Part shown: positions 9,234 through 18,802 of the stretch, one piece after another
Layout: the number at the start of each line of letters is the position of its first letter
How positions within the stretch are numbered: the first letter of the stretch is position 1
From: Candidatus Iainarchaeum sp.
GTDB lineage: Archaea > Iainarchaeota > Iainarchaeia > Iainarchaeales > JAGVWC01
Assembly (NCBI GenBank): GCA_018304465.1
Contig: JAGVWC010000010.1
Location: 192,001 to 256,000, forward strand
Direction of reading: 5' to 3'
Length of the DNA: 64,000 nt
Notes under the pieces: model-generated
Told to the model about the DNA's origin: nothing
The model's database searches: none
What the model saw: only the letters and a program-made list of their open reading frames with translations
Program-made: the position numbers and the translations under genes

Positions 9234-11807
9234 CTAGGCGCGATCTTTGGAATAATACCAATCCATCATTTCTTTTGACGCGTCTTCGTCGAGGTTTTCC
9301 GACCCAATGGCTTTTGCGGCCAAAAAACCGCGTTCAATCCGATCCGCGACCCATTTTTCATTTGACCGCACAAACGACCAATACTCGTCAAAATCCCGCA
9401 CAAACGAGTCGCCGGACAAAATCCGGCCTGTTGCGACATCCACCACGACGTGCTGGGCTTGACCGGATACCCACGCCGTAAACGAATCCTTCGAACGATC
9501 GTTTTTGTTTTGCACCAGAACGATTTCAACGTTTCGCACCGCCAGATTCCTTTTTTGTTCCATCTGGTTTTTGGACGCAAGTTCCGAAACCTTTTCGGAA
9601 ACTTTTCCGAACAAATCCGACGAAACAAAATCTTTTGCCGTGGACAAATTACGGGTTTCGATTCCCGTGTTCAAAAGCACAAATCCAAGGCGCGCCTGTT
9701 CGCGCATGAAATCCTCGTTCCACATCGCATCGGTTTGGCTTAAAAAATTCAGCAATCGATGCACTTTTCCCCCTTTGGATTTGATATCCGCGATTCCGAC
9801 GGCTTCAAACCCCGTTTGTTCGCGCGTTTCCGAAATCGAGACATCCATTTTTGCGGATTTTCCGGATTTTTCGTATATCCGTTTCAACATGTCCGGCGTC
9901 GCGTTTTCCACCACGTTTTCTTTTGAAACAAACGACGCGCCTTCTTCCGGCTGATCAATCGCGTTCAATAGCCACTGGTCCGACACCCGGATGAACGTCC
10001 AGAATTCCTCGAACCGGCCGATCCCCATATCCCCACGGATTTTTTTTCCGGTTCGATCGTCGACAATCGTATCGCGGCACTCGGCTTGCACCCACACCGT
10101 GAACTGGTCCGAAAAACGCTTGCCGGCATCACCCATTGAACTCTTCAGGCTTTTCACCCACACGATTTTTTGATCCAGCAACCGCAATTCTTCCAAACGG
10201 TTGATTTCATGCCGCACTTTCATGGCTTCCAACTGCGACACGTGCGAAACAAACAACGACTGCGACAACAACGGGCGCATTTCGGAATAATCGCGTTTTT
10301 CCCAGCATTCCTGAAGCTTCAAAAAAACCGTTTTCGAACGGTTAACCATTTCGGATTCGTTCCACACCGTCGAAACAGACGCCAGATACGAAAGCAACGC
10401 GGATACCTTCGCGGCCTTGGCATTGATCTTGGGTTTTGAAAGCGCGATCGTGGAGCTCCATTCGCCCAAAAAACCCGAAAACGCGTTTCGGTCGCCGGAC
10501 AAAAAACGAAAACCGCTTTTAACGATTGCCGAAAAAACCATGATGATCACGATGCCCCAGACTCCAAAGAAAAACACCAAAAAGAAACCCATCAACAACA
10601 ATTCGCCAAGCGACATGGGGCATTCGGGGATGCTGGCTTTGTTCGAAAACGCCGCGTCATTGGTGCAATAACACGAATCAACGATAATGTTCGGATTTTC
10701 GGAATCCGAAGAAACCACTTGTCCGCCGGAAATACAACTGCAAAACGGATACTCGGGCGTTGGAATCACCGACGAAGCCGTCAGAAAAGGAAGATACGAA
10801 CCGGATTTTTTTTCACAGCACGTCTTGTTTTGATCGGATTTTTTGCAGTCAAAATACGCCATATTGTCCGGTGGACCGCTAGAGCGGCTCGAACCGCCGG
10901 ACGACCCTCCGCCGCCACCCTTGTTGTGCACCGCAAAACCGTTCGCCAAAAACGTGTTCGGTTCGTTTACGCTCAAATTGTACGCGATGACGGACGCGGG
11001 AACAACATCGATTCGAGTCAGTCGCACGGGCAAAAGATCCCCGTTATCCGAAAACACGATCACTTCATCGCCCACCGCCAATGACTCGGCAACGCGATAT
11101 CCGGCCAACGTCCAGAACGGGTGTTCAGGAGTGACATCCACCCAAAAATCCCCCGCTTCCAAATGCAAAAAACGGTCGCGCACCACCCGATACACGTCCG
11201 TGACCGAGGAAGACACCAGAGAACCGTTTTCGTCAAACGAAACCACTTCATCACCGACTTTGATGTCCGCAATCGACTTCAAACCAAACGAAGTTTTCAC
11301 GGTTGTTTGACCCAAAAAACATCCGCCGCCACCGCCTTTGTTATGCACGACAAAGTGGTTCGCGACAAAAAGATGGTTTTGGGAAACCTCCAGATTAAAC
11401 GCCTTGACTTTTTTTTGATACTTTTCCACGGATTCGATTTTTTTTGAAACCAACCGATTGTTTTCAAGCATCATCACATTGTCGTCAGGAGAAAACGACC
11501 GGGCTTCGCGAAACAATCCGTTGGCGACCAAAAACGGATGCTCACCAGTCACGAGAACGGAACCCAGGCCGGTTTTAATCGAAAAAAAAGCGTCTCTTTC
11601 CACGGAAAAAACGTTTTGAACCTGCACCCATTGCGCACCGTTTTGATCGAAACCCAACACCGTGTCTCCGACCAAAAGGGATTCAATCGGAACGGGTCCT
11701 TGCGGCGTATCGATCCAAGTGCCTTCCAAAAAACACCCGCCACCGCCCCGCGAAAACGCGCTTGAAAAAAGCAGCAGGAAAAAAACCGCTGCAAAAAAAC
11801 GGCGCAT
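9234..11807 (-). CDS. Secreted/membrane protein: signal peptide, two tandem Hint (intein-like) domains, Cys-rich linker, TM segment, two Tim44-like domains
   Basis: GGGG|CF...TGEHPF...VHN|K and GGGGG|CF...TPEHPF...VHN|K. Tim44-like motifs LQECWEKRD...FEEFWTF and ...FDEYWSF. Confidence 0.85.
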   Translation of the reverse strand: MRRFFAAVFFLLLFSSAFSRGGGGCFLEGTWIDTPQGPVPIESLLVGDTVLGFDQNGAQWVQVQNVFSVERDAFFSIKTGLGSVLVTGEHPFLVANGLFREARSFSPDDNVMMLENNRLVSKKIESVEKYQKKVKAFNLEVSQNHLFVANHFVVHNKGGGGGCFLGQTTVKTSFGLKSIADIKVGDEVVSFDENGSLVSSSVTDVYRVVRDRFLHLEAGDFWVDVTPEHPFWTLAGYRVAESLAVGDEVIVFSDNGDLLPVRLTRIDVVPASVIAYNLSVNEPNTFLANGFAVHNKGGGGGSSGGSSRSSGPPDNMAYFDCKKSDQNKTCCEKKSGSYLPFLTASSVIPTPEYPFCSCISGGQVVSSDSENPNIIVDSCYCTNDAAFSNKASIPECPMSLGELLLMGFFLVFFFGVWGIVIIMVFSAIVKSGFRFLSGDRNAFSGFLGEWSSTIALSKPKINAKAAKVSALLSYLASVSTVWNESEMVNRSKTVFLKLQECWEKRDYSEMRPLLSQSLFVSHVSQLEAMKVRHEINRLEELRLLDQKIVWVKSLKSSMGDAGKRFSDQFTVWVQAECRDTIVDDRTGKKIRGDMGIGRFEEFWTFIRVSDQWLLNAIDQPEEGASFVSKENVVENATPDMLKRIYEKSGKSAKMDVSISETREQTGFEAVGIADIKSKGGKVHRLLNFLSQTDAMWNEDFMREQARLGFVLLNTGIETRNLSTAKDFVSSDLFGKVSEKVSELASKNQMEQKRNLAVRNVEIVLVQNKNDRSKDSFTAWVSGQAQHVVVDVATGRILSGDSFVRDFDEYWSFVRSNEKWVADRIERGFLAAKAIGSENLDEDASKEMMDWYYSKDRA

Positions 11808-11811
11808 GTTT

Positions 11812-12075
11812 TTACCAACCGTGAATACCCGAAATAATCGCCGCCGCGATGATCAGGGCAAAACCGATTAACACGCCTTGGACAATGGCACCGTAATAAT
11901 GCGCGACCGCCATGTTACCGCGCGCGATTTCTTTTTCCTCGTCTATTTTCGGGGAAAGCGCGTACAAAATCCGCGGTACCACGAGCACCGCAAGCAACAA
12001 CAACAAAAGCCCCAGCACGCCGCCAAGCAACGTGTAAACGACCGCACCGATCACGTCATCAATCAGAATTGGCAT
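11812..12075 (-). CDS. DUF350 family membrane protein
   Basis: Two TM helices flanking PKIDEEKEIARGNMAVA. Ends 4 nt before the Hint/Tim44 start. Confidence 0.8.
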   Translation of the reverse strand: MPILIDDVIGAVVYTLLGGVLGLLLLLLAVLVVPRILYALSPKIDEEKEIARGNMAVAHYYGAIVQGVLIGFALIIAAAIISGIHGW

Positions 12076-12152
12076 TCAAACCCCCCTTTTTTTGGGAAAA
12101 AATCCCGAAAGAAAATAGAACAAAACCACAATATAAAGATGGCGGTTACACT

Positions 12153-12572
12153 TCAGCCGGGTTTTGAGACAGGAATTTTTTTGCGAAAATCCAAAGAAAC
12201 CGAATTGATGCAAAACCGCTTTCCCGTGTCCGTGGGACCGTCGTCAAACAAATGCCCCAAATGCCCTCCGCAATTCCGGCACACGACTTCAATCCGATTC
12301 ATGCCCAGGCTTTTGTCTTCCTTTAACTCCACGTTTCCTTCGTTTGCGATCCGGTCAAAACTCGGCCAACCGCAATTCGAATCGAATTTGGCGTCCGACG
12401 AAAACAAATCCAGTCCGCACGCCGCGCACACGTACATCCCCGTTTCCTTGTTTTTGAGCCACTTGCCCGTGAACGGAATCTCCGTTCCTTTTTCGAACAA
12501 CACGCGAAACTGTTCCGCTGAAAGCGATTTAGAGACTTTTTGGGATCGAATCACACCAAAAATTCCAAACAT
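12153..12572 (-). CDS. msrB: Peptide-methionine (R)-S-oxide reductase
   Basis: GTEIPF, CAAC, GWPSF, CRNCGGHLGHLFDDGP, RFCINS. Confidence 0.96.
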   Translation of the reverse strand: MFGIFGVIRSQKVSKSLSAEQFRVLFEKGTEIPFTGKWLKNKETGMYVCAACGLDLFSSDAKFDSNCGWPSFDRIANEGNVELKEDKSLGMNRIEVVCRNCGGHLGHLFDDGPTDTGKRFCINSVSLDFRKKIPVSKPG

Positions 12573-12693
12573 ATAATTTAATTATAATAACGGTTGTTAA
12601 TAAATAATACGGTCAACCCCCAAAAAAACCATTGTTCGAACGGATAACCCACGCCAAACGATTAAAAAAAAATCGCACTGCAAGTAAGTACAC

Positions 12694-13512
12694 ATGTCGT
12701 ATTCGAAACGCCCCGGCAACGGGAAAAAAAAACAGCCACCCATCATGACGCTAAGTCAAGACCAACTCTTTTCGCTGGGCGTGACATTTCTTGTGGTGCT
12801 CGTGTTCTTTGCCGGTTTGCTTTTGCCCAAAAACCACGCGACATTGGTTTTCAACGGAGAAGACACCCAGGTCACGATTTTCCATCAACCGGAATACAGC
12901 ACCCCCACCACAGGAGAACTCACGGTATCCGCGTGGATGCGCCCCGAAACGCTTGAATTTTCGAAAAGCGAAGGTAGCGGATATGTGTATTGGCTGGGCA
13001 AAGGCGAAAAAGACGATTTCGAATGGACGTTTCGCATGTACTCCCAATCAAACACCGAATTACGCGACAACCGAATATCGTTTTACGTGTTCAACAAATC
13101 CGGCGGACTAGGGGTTGGCGCGTATTTCCAGGAACCCGTCACTCCAAACGAATGGATCCACGTGGTGGCCACCGTGGACCGGTCCAACGTCAGCATTTAC
13201 AAAAACGGGCTTTGGAAAAACACCCAAGACCACACCCAAAACGTGGTCCTTGAAACGGGTGCAAGCCCGGTTCGAATCGGAACACGCAACGAACGCAGTT
13301 TTTTCAAAGGAAACATCAAAGACGTCGCGATATACAACCGAAAACTGCGAAGCGACGAAGTCATGCGATTGTTCCAGCAACCCGAAAACATTCCCCAGAA
13401 CGGCCTCGTCGGTTATTGGCGTTTAAACGAAGGCATCGGATTCATCGCCAACGATTCCGGATCACCCCAAAACAGCGGAACCATCACGAACCCCACCTGG
13501 ATCGAACCATAA
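12694..13512 (+). CDS. Membrane-anchored LamG/concanavalin-A-like domain protein
   Basis: N-terminal TM; TVSAWM, WIHVVAT, FKGNIKDVAIYNRKL, GLVGYWRLNEG. Confidence 0.85.
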   Translation: MSYSKRPGNGKKKQPPIMTLSQDQLFSLGVTFLVVLVFFAGLLLPKNHATLVFNGEDTQVTIFHQPEYSTPTTGELTVSAWMRPETLEFSKSEGSGYVYWLGKGEKDDFEWTFRMYSQSNTELRDNRISFYVFNKSGGLGVGAYFQEPVTPNEWIHVVATVDRSNVSIYKNGLWKNTQDHTQNVVLETGASPVRIGTRNERSFFKGNIKDVAIYNRKLRSDEVMRLFQQPENIPQNGLVGYWRLNEGIGFIANDSGSPQNSGTITNPTWIEP

Positions 13513-13515
13513 CCC

Positions 13516-13884
13516 TCAAGACAAGGGGGCGGGACCATACCGCTTCACGGCCGGATCGATCGCGCTCCATTCCCAGATGCTACCCGAAAAATTCCGCACA
13601 TCAAACCCTTTTCGCTTTGCAAGCCCCGTGGCAAACAAGCTGCGGTTTCCAGTGCGACAATAAAACACGACGGTTTTTCCCGCCGGTTTTTCGAACCTGA
13701 AGCGATTCAAAAAATCTTTTTCAGGCAAATCCAACGCATCGGACAATTCTTTCAACGGAATGTTTTTTGCACCCGGCAACAATCCGTGAGAGAGCTCTGA
13801 CGGCGAACGCACATCGATCAAAATGAAGTCACGCTTGGAATCCATCCACTGTTTTAATTCCTTCAACGAAATAACATCCGACAT
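13516..13884 (-). CDS. Rhodanese-like domain protein
   Basis: LIDVRSPSE...LPGAKNIP; active loop FYCRTGNRS; GSIWEW. Confidence 0.9.
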   Translation of the reverse strand: MSDVISLKELKQWMDSKRDFILIDVRSPSELSHGLLPGAKNIPLKELSDALDLPEKDFLNRFRFEKPAGKTVVFYCRTGNRSLFATGLAKRKGFDVRNFSGSIWEWSAIDPAVKRYGPAPLS

Positions 13885-14099
13885 TCGCCACCGTACCCAT
13901 AACAAGAAACACCCAATCCTTTAAAACGCAAACACCGGCCAAACCGCCAGGAAAACGCGAAAATAAGAGTAAGTTTAAAAGCATTTTACAGTTAAATTAT
14001 AACTCAGTTATCTAAAATTGTTTGGACAACGGGTGAAAAAGATTTCTCTGAAAGCGGAAACCGAAACAACAACCATCATTCCGGTGCCACGACGCCCGA

Positions 14100-14367
14100 A
14101 AAAAACGAATCCGACTGGATCGCAACCACACCCGTCACCCAAGTCTTACCGCTTAAAGACAACAGCACGGTCGACGTCGCGATCGTCGGCGACAAGGGGG
14201 CACAAAACCCGACAATTCGACGAAACCGAAAAACTATTCAACTGTCCCGTCACAACAGCCATTTTACCGCCATCGGCAAAGTCGTCAACGGACCGGCAAA
14301 CGAGGATCTTTTCCACATTGACTTAGAAAAAAACCCACCTCATCACAGAGGGACCAAAGGAGGATGA
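14100..14367 (+). pseudogene. Relic of YhfW-like FAD oxidoreductase/Rieske fusion with large internal deletion
   Basis: Frame A: ESDWIATTPVTQVLPLKDNSTVDVAIVG. Then FDETEKLFNCP-(frameshift)-HNSHFTAIGKVVNGPANEDL, matching the Rieske CPCHGSxF...GPA end. Confidence 0.7.
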
Positions 14368-14374
14368 AAAAAAT

Positions 14375-14587
14375 ATGCCATCTCGCACCAGCAGTAGACA
14401 AGGAAGCCGAAACAAAACCAGCGCAAGCCGTACCGGCGGAAGCAGAAGCTCCACCGCGCGCGGAGGCGCGCAATCCAAATCCCGAACCAGCCGAAGCGGA
14501 CTAACCCGAAGCAAAGTCGGAAGCTCCCGCACCGGAGCACGCGCACGCTCCGCCCGTTCACGTTCTGCCGGACGAAGCATAAGGTAA
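14375..14587 (+). CDS. Small Arg/Ser-rich (protamine-like) protein
   Basis: 70 aa with 16 Arg, 3 Lys, 20 Ser and no acidic residue. AAGGAGG upstream. Confidence 0.6.
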   Translation: MPSRTSSRQGSRNKTSASRTGGSRSSTARGGAQSKSRTSRSGLTRSKVGSSRTGARARSARSRSAGRSIR

Positions 14588-14652
14588 ACCCAAGTGTCCC
14601 AAAAAACATGGAAAAAACCCAGACGGAAAAAAACTTCCGCTGGGCGCTTTTT

Positions 14653-14859
14653 TTATTCCAACCCGTCCGGAAAATCCTCAAAAGGAGTCGCATCAGGGGA
14701 AATGACGGAATTGAAATCCGAAGGCGGCTTCGAGCCCTTTAGCGCTTTGGAAGGGAAATCGTCCCGGGCAAAATCCTTAGGAGTATCTTTTTCCGCCTGC
14801 GAAAGACACCCGAAAAGCAGCAGCCCCATGATCAGCAAGACAAACAAAGTTTTGGACAC
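14653..14859 (-). CDS. Small putative lipoprotein
   Basis: Hydrophobic leader ending LLLFGC. Confidence 0.55.
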   Translation of the reverse strand: MSKTLFVLLIMGLLLFGCLSQAEKDTPKDFARDDFPSKALKGSKPPSDFNSVISPDATPFEDFPDGLE

Positions 14860-14904
14860 GGGGATATTATAAACGAAAAATAATTTAAACGGTTGTTTTC
14901 AAGA

Positions 14905-15330
14905 TCACTTTTTGGAAAAAACCGAAACTAGCACTTGGCGGGTTCTCGGACCGTCGAACTCCGCGAAAAAAATTCCTTGCCAAGTACCCAACACCAACCG
15001 GTTTTGTTCAATTAGCACCATCACGCTCGAACCGATCAAAGAAGACTTGAGGTGCGCGTCCGAATTGCCTTCGGCGTGACGAAACTTTGAATCTTTTGGC
15101 ACCAGTTTCGATAACGCCGACAGCAAATCAAAAGAAACATCCGGATCCGCGTTTTCGTTAATCGTCACGCCGGCGGTCGAATGCGGAACGAAAACAACGA
15201 CAAAACCCGATTCGACTTTCGATTTCGAAACGGTTTCTTGAACCAGATCCGAAATATCCACCAGTTGATTCCGATCGGTTGTTTTTTGTTCGAGTTCGAA
15301 AAACACCGGATCACTTCTTTTTGACGGCAA
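14905..15330 (-). CDS. yjbQ: YjbQ/UPF0047 family protein
   Basis: PHSTAGVTINENADPDV, HAEGNSDAHLKSSL, LGTWQGIFFAEFDGPR. Confidence 0.93.
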   Translation of the reverse strand: MPSKRSDPVFFELEQKTTDRNQLVDISDLVQETVSKSKVESGFVVVFVPHSTAGVTINENADPDVSFDLLSALSKLVPKDSKFRHAEGNSDAHLKSSLIGSSVMVLIEQNRLVLGTWQGIFFAEFDGPRTRQVLVSVFSKK

Positions 15331-16012
15331 CCGCTTCGGTCATCGACGGTACCGATTCCACCGAGATATCCGTCACCTTGGGCGGCAACGGCGCAAACAA
15401 CACCCGAAGAAAAACAACCAGCGCCCTCAAAAAACGCAGCCCCCATTCCAAAGCCACCACGAAAAGAATGAACTGAAACGTCTGGCGCAAAAAAGCAGGC
15501 AGTTCCAGCAAACGCGACGCGCTGTCATTTAACACCACGACCGACGGATTCGCGAGAAACACCGACAACACCACGAGCGGAAACAACTTCGACAGTTCGC
15601 GCGCCAAGTCCTCGTTGTAATACGACGAGATTCGAATCGAGGAAACCAGGGAAATCGACGTGACCAGCACCAAATCCAAACGCGTGCCCGATGACAAAAA
15701 CAACAACATGACGGCAAAAACCACGAAAAAAACAAAAACCAACAGCGGATAAACGACCGCGTATTCGACAAAATACCAGAACGCGTCTTTTAGCTTTCCG
15801 ACAAAACCTTCATACCGAAACTTCGTGGTGTTAAACCGAAAAAAATCCCGCCGAGAGACAAACCGATAAAAATTCCAGATCAGCACCGCGTACAACGTGA
15901 TGAAAACAATGAAACTGAACACCGGAAGCAAGTTGTCGAAAAAACCTTCTGAAATCCACTCGGAAACACCAGAATTCGCGACCGTCGACAAGGAATCCAA
16001 CGACAAATCCAT
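15311..16012 (-). CDS. Multi-pass membrane hypothetical protein
   Basis: About five hydrophobic segments; IRISSYYNEDLARELSK motif. Confidence 0.75.
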   Translation of the reverse strand: MDLSLDSLSTVANSGVSEWISEGFFDNLLPVFSFIVFITLYAVLIWNFYRFVSRRDFFRFNTTKFRYEGFVGKLKDAFWYFVEYAVVYPLLVFVFFVVFAVMLLFLSSGTRLDLVLVTSISLVSSIRISSYYNEDLARELSKLFPLVVLSVFLANPSVVVLNDSASRLLELPAFLRQTFQFILFVVALEWGLRFLRALVVFLRVLFAPLPPKVTDISVESVPSMTEAVAVKKK

Positions 16013-16052
16013 TGCAATATTTATCGCAAAACGGGGATATAAAGGTTTTGAT

Positions 16053-16682
16053 CTACACGAGCAAACCCGAAAGCTGTAACCCGTTGATCACAAACTGCAC
16101 TGAAAGCGCCATTAACAACATCCCCATGATCCGGGTAATGACCTTTAAGCCCGTGACTCCAAGCCAGCGGGAAATCTTTTCGGATTGAAGCAACAGAAAA
16201 TAGCTTAACAAAAAAGCGATGATAATCGCGACAAAAAACAACATATAATCAAAAATTCCCGTAGCCCGCGAAAACAACACGATTCCCGTCGTAATCGCAC
16301 CCGGACCCGTAATCAGCGGAATTGCCAGCGGCGTAATCGTCACGTTTTCGCGTTCTTCCGCTTCTTCCTGCTCGCCTTGCGTGATCTCGGTTCGCGTCTT
16401 GTATCCGAACAACATTTCAAGCGAAATCAAAAAAAGCAAAATTCCGCCCGCAATCTTAAACGAGGAAAACTCGATGTTAAGATACGTGAAAAGAAAATTT
16501 CCGAACAAACAAAAAAAAACAAACGCGACAAAACCGATGATGTGCGCTTTTCGAGCCGTTTTGATTCTGTTTTTATGCGAAAAATTACGCGTAAACGACA
16601 AAAACAACGGAATGTTGGCAAACGGATCCAAAATGAAAAAAACCGAAGTCAGCACCAAAACGAAAAAAGACAAGTCCGCCAT
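16053..16682 (-). CDS. MarC family membrane protein
   Basis: ILDPFANIPLF, KIAGGILLF, PLAIPLITGPGAIT, TRIMGMLL. Confidence 0.93.
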   Translation of the reverse strand: MADLSFFVLVLTSVFFILDPFANIPLFLSFTRNFSHKNRIKTARKAHIIGFVAFVFFCLFGNFLFTYLNIEFSSFKIAGGILLFLISLEMLFGYKTRTEITQGEQEEAEERENVTITPLAIPLITGPGAITTGIVLFSRATGIFDYMLFFVAIIIAFLLSYFLLLQSEKISRWLGVTGLKVITRIMGMLLMALSVQFVINGLQLSGLLV

Positions 16683-16726
16683 ACGACACCAAAAAGGCAA
16701 AAAGAATATTTAAAACCATGGTAAAC

Positions 16727-16891
16727 CTAGCCGTTGATGCTTTCGCTTCCATTCGGATGCAACACAGGTCCCCGGATATACGACGAATCGCTTGAGACCA
16801 AAAACACAACACACGACGCGATTTCAAACGACTGTCCCGCACGACTCAACGACGAACCCGAACCAAACGACTCGACTTTTTCTTTCGGCAA
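16727..16891 (-). pseudogene. C-terminal remnant of an SDR oxidoreductase (YdaD/YhdF-like)
   Basis: Manual translation LPKEKVESFG...RAGQSFEIASCVVFLVSSDSSYIRGPVLHPNGSESING*. The rest of the gene is absent. Confidence 0.7.
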
Positions 16892-17083
16892 TTTTTCACC
16901 CTCCGCCTTTTTTCAGACGGGAAGAAAAAGTACAAAAGAAAAGGCTATTGAAAAAAAAAGCAAATCCGAAAACAACCGCGTTATACAAATCGCTCTTCAC
17001 ACCCCCCGCCCGGCAAAAAACACCCAAAAAAAACCCCGAATTCCCGGAAAAGTATAAAAACAAGCGAGTAGAATTATTTGCAT

Positions 17084-17926
17084 ATGAGAAAAATTCTCGT
17101 TCTGGCGGGATTAACGCTCCTTGTTCTTTTCGGTTGCGTTCAACCCCCCGTAGCGGGTCCCAATGACAACAGCGGATTAAACGACTCCCCCGCATACATC
17201 GATCCGACCATGTTCGACCCCAACCGCGATCCCCAGTTGAACGCGCCGAATCCCAACCTCGGGGGTCTCCCAAGCTGCGATACGATCATGAGCGCGCAAG
17301 ACCGCGAAGCCTGTTACGTACGGTTTGCCATGGACAATCTCGAACCCCAATGGTGCCAAAACCTCTGGCAACAAATCAATGATTGCTATTCCGGTGTCGC
17401 CTACCTGAAAAAAGACATTTCTCTATGCGCTCACGTCAAAAACAGCGTGGACGCCAAAGACATGTGCATTTTCGGAGTCGCAGACCAACTCCAAAACCCG
17501 TCGTTATGCGACTCCGTTCAAACTGAATCCATTAAGCGCGAATGCGTTTCCCAAAGCGCACCCCAAGCCGATCCGATCGCGCCCGAATCCCCAAGCCCCG
17601 TAACCGATCCAAACGATTGCCCCGCCAAACCCACGCAATTGGAAAAAGACACGTGCTATTGGGGACAAGGCCTACAAAATCCGGATCTTTCCACGTGCGA
17701 AAAAATCGTGAACCAAGATCTTCGAGAAGGATGCTATCTTGCAACCGCGGTTGCCCTAAAAGACGAAACGATTTGCGACAAAATGACCACCGAACGAGAC
17801 CGCTGGGGAAAAAGTCAATGCTATTTCGACGTGGCGATAGCCAAACAAGACCCCTCAGTCTGCGCACTGGCACCCACCACGCCCGACGCGATCGAAACCT
17901 GCCAAGTATTCGCAAACCCGCAATGA
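17084..17926 (+). CDS. Cys-rich repeat surface lipoprotein
   Basis: Lipobox LVLFGC; repeated C(Y)xxxAxxxxDxxxC units. Confidence 0.8.
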   Translation: MRKILVLAGLTLLVLFGCVQPPVAGPNDNSGLNDSPAYIDPTMFDPNRDPQLNAPNPNLGGLPSCDTIMSAQDREACYVRFAMDNLEPQWCQNLWQQINDCYSGVAYLKKDISLCAHVKNSVDAKDMCIFGVADQLQNPSLCDSVQTESIKRECVSQSAPQADPIAPESPSPVTDPNDCPAKPTQLEKDTCYWGQGLQNPDLSTCEKIVNQDLREGCYLATAVALKDETICDKMTTERDRWGKSQCYFDVAIAKQDPSVCALAPTTPDAIETCQVFANPQ

Positions 17927-17927
17927 A

Positions 17928-18761
17928 TCACGCCAACGGATCCAACACGGCCGCATGATAGTAATCGCGAAACAACTTCTGCACCCGTTTTGTTTTTTCG
18001 AACGGACCTGCGAAAACCACGTCATCCACCTGCCGAACCGGCAACGCATTAAACAACGTGCTAGAAATAAAAACCTCGTCAAAACACCCGATTTTTTTCA
18101 AAGGCAAATCCCGCGCCACCAGTTCGAAATGCGGTGCGCACACTTTAAGCAAAATTTTTTTCGTGACCCCTTCCAACACTTTTTCTTTTGGCGGAAAAAA
18201 CAATTTGTTTCCCTTAAAAGCAAACACGTTGCTTCGAGTTCCCTCGCGCACGTTTCCATCCGCATCGACCAATAACGCTTCCAACGCCCCGGCTTTTGTT
18301 GCCGCGCGCAACGCCACAAAACCCAGCAACAAATCCTTGGTTTTCGCGTTCGGAAAAAGCCGCTCGCCGGAAAAAGAAATCGTTTTCACGCCTTGCGAAT
18401 AAAACTTCTTCGGATAAAACGTCACTCCCGCCAACGGAAACACGAACAACTTCGGATCCTTGTTGGCGTCGGCGTCGCCGATCAAAAGCACGCGCAAAAA
18501 AGCGTCGATTAAGGAATTCGCTTCCACCACTTTTTCGATCCACGAAACGACCGCGGCTTTGGAAAACGAATGACCCAATCCAATGACTTTGGCGGAATCA
18601 AACAACCGGTCCACGTGATACTCGGAAAAAAACACTTTTCCCGACACCACTTTAAGCGACTCGTACACGCAAAAATCGAAAAAATATGCCTTGTCCGAAA
18701 CCGGCAACACCGCTTCGGATTCCGCAATCAAACGACCGTTTAGAAGAACCTTCATATCCAT
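17928..18761 (-). CDS. Aminotransferase class IV (BCAT/ADCL-like)
   Basis: YESLK, HVDRLFDSA, AKT (PLP Lys), EGTRSNVF, VLEGVT, DEVFISST. Confidence 0.88.
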   Translation of the reverse strand: MDMKVLLNGRLIAESEAVLPVSDKAYFFDFCVYESLKVVSGKVFFSEYHVDRLFDSAKVIGLGHSFSKAAVVSWIEKVVEANSLIDAFLRVLLIGDADANKDPKLFVFPLAGVTFYPKKFYSQGVKTISFSGERLFPNAKTKDLLLGFVALRAATKAGALEALLVDADGNVREGTRSNVFAFKGNKLFFPPKEKVLEGVTKKILLKVCAPHFELVARDLPLKKIGCFDEVFISSTLFNALPVRQVDDVVFAGPFEKTKRVQKLFRDYYHAAVLDPLA

Positions 18762-18802
18762 TCACTTAAACTCGAACAGAATAAAAGAAAACCGTGGACC
18801 CC

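Noticed and set aside
10923-11735. Canonical mobile inteins
   Set aside because: The +1 residue is Lys, there is no homing endonuclease, and the insertion site is a Gly linker of a secreted protein; they fit BIL-type Hint domains better.
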